Source: an uncultured Actinomycetes bacterium (GTDB lineage Bacteria; Actinomycetota; Acidimicrobiia; IMCC26256; JANYLB01). From it: DNA of 64,000 nt. Numbering within the stretch: the stretch's first letter is position 1; every line of letters begins with the position of its first letter. The position numbers were made by a program, and so were the translations under genes. This document shows, in pieces, positions 63,300-64,000 of this stretch. The stretch is taken from contig CAWIOF010000004.1 in assembly GCA_963837715.1 (NCBI GenBank), positions 1,222,552-1,286,551 of the forward strand. Direction: 5' to 3'. Under the pieces are notes generated by a model. The model was given only the letters and a program-made list of their open reading frames with translations, was not told the DNA's origin and ran no database searches.

Positions 63300-64000
63300 C
63301 GCGAGTGGGCGAAGAGTTCCTCGACCGGACCGAGGTCGTAGGGGGCGCCGACCATCACGATCAGGTGCGTGGCCCCGGCGTCGAGGTACGCCTGCCAGTC
63401 GCCGATCTCGTCGGGCTGGATCGCGACCGTCCGTTCGATCCCGGCGGGGTCGGTACCGACCTTGGCGCACCACTCGTCGAGGATCGTGTTCTTGGCCGCA
63501 TAGTTCGCCGGCGGTCCGAATCCGTTCCACATCTGCGCATGTTGGGCGACGAGCCGCAGCGTGACCTTCTCGCCCCCGCCGCCGATGAGGATCGGGAGCG
63601 GACCGACCGGCGGCGGGACCAGCTGCTTGATGCGGTCCTCGATCACCGGCAGCGCCTCGCCGAGGGCCCGGAGCCGACCGGGAGCCGTACCGAACTCGTA
63701 GCCGTACTCGGTGTAGTCGCGCTCGAACCATCCCGATCCGATCCCGAGGATGAACCGGCCGTGGCTGATGTGGTCGATCGTGCGCGCCATGTCGGCGAGG
63801 AGGTTCGGGTTCCGGTAGGAGTTGCAGGTGACGAGCGCCCCGAGCCGGGCGTGCTCGGTGTCGGCGGCCATGGCCGCGAGGAGCGTGTAGCCCTCGTAGT
63901 GGTTGGCGTCGGGGTTGCCGTAGAGCGGGTAGAAGTGGTCCCACGTCCAGATGCTGTCGACGCCCATCGCGTCGGCCGCCTTCCACGCGGCTCGCATCTC
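63296..64000 (-). CDS. LLM-class F420-dependent oxidoreductase, 5' end outside window
   Basis: ORF 63296..63997 is open to the window edge. DSIWTWDHF, NPNLLADMARTIDHISHGRFILGIGSGW and LIGGGGEK motifs. Confidence 0.8.
   Translation of the reverse strand, partial: EMRAAWKAADAMGVDSIWTWDHFYPLYGNPDANHYEGYTLLAAMAADTEHARLGALVTCNSYRNPNLLADMARTIDHISHGRFILGIGSGWFERDYTEYGYEFGTAPGRLRALGEALPVIEDRIKQLVPPPVGPLPILIGGGGEKVTLRLVAQHAQMWNGFGPPANYAAKNTILDEWCAKVGTDPAGIERTVAIQPDEIGDWQAYLDAGATHLIVMVGAPYDLGPVEELFAHSR

Overview
High-GC (roughly 70%) Actinomycetota-type chromosomal segment, almost fully coding. I count about 64 protein-coding genes and find no rRNA, tRNA, CRISPR array, or intact transposase, integrase or prophage.

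Gene content by region:
- 3.1-10.6 kb: an amidase / glutamate decarboxylase / amidase block with an AtuA-like pair and a DSD1-type PLP enzyme.
- 10.6-13.1 kb: a small accessory patch with a P-loop kinase and a decayed DUF222/HNH gene.
- Elsewhere: lipid and redox enzymes, two cytochrome P450s, TetR and MarR regulators, and an MTA-salvage pair.
- Also an S8 protease, an MmpL transporter, and a cNMP-binding protein next to a cNMP/patatin phospholipase.
- Also a GT28 glycosyltransferase with a NodB deacetylase, a crtQ/crtO-like carotenoid tailoring pair, pdxH, ribB and a two-component system.
- Also a TPP-riboswitch-controlled thiamine salvage/uptake operon.

Three things stand out:
1. A modular, hairpin-forming intergenic repeat family. 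It appears as a perfect 88-bp tandem array at 20.4-20.7 kb, a variant array at 60.2-60.4 kb, an inverted single copy at 7.97-8.06 kb and a fragment at 4.94 kb. At the three full loci its end coincides with or abuts the TGA stop of the neighbouring gene, which is reminiscent of mycobacterial MIRU-type elements.
2. At least 22 single-base frame disruptions in 17 otherwise well-conserved genes. Twenty-one need removal of one base, and pdxH, ribB and thiN are among the genes hit. This looks more like systematic consensus insertion error than biology, but it must be checked against reads.
3. A two-gene cNMP-sensor/patatin module with an interposed degenerate MinD/ParA-like region.

I did not find a complete, recognisable defence system, biosynthetic cluster or mobile element. 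The items under findings are hypotheses. All family calls rest on motif-level reading, not on database searches.
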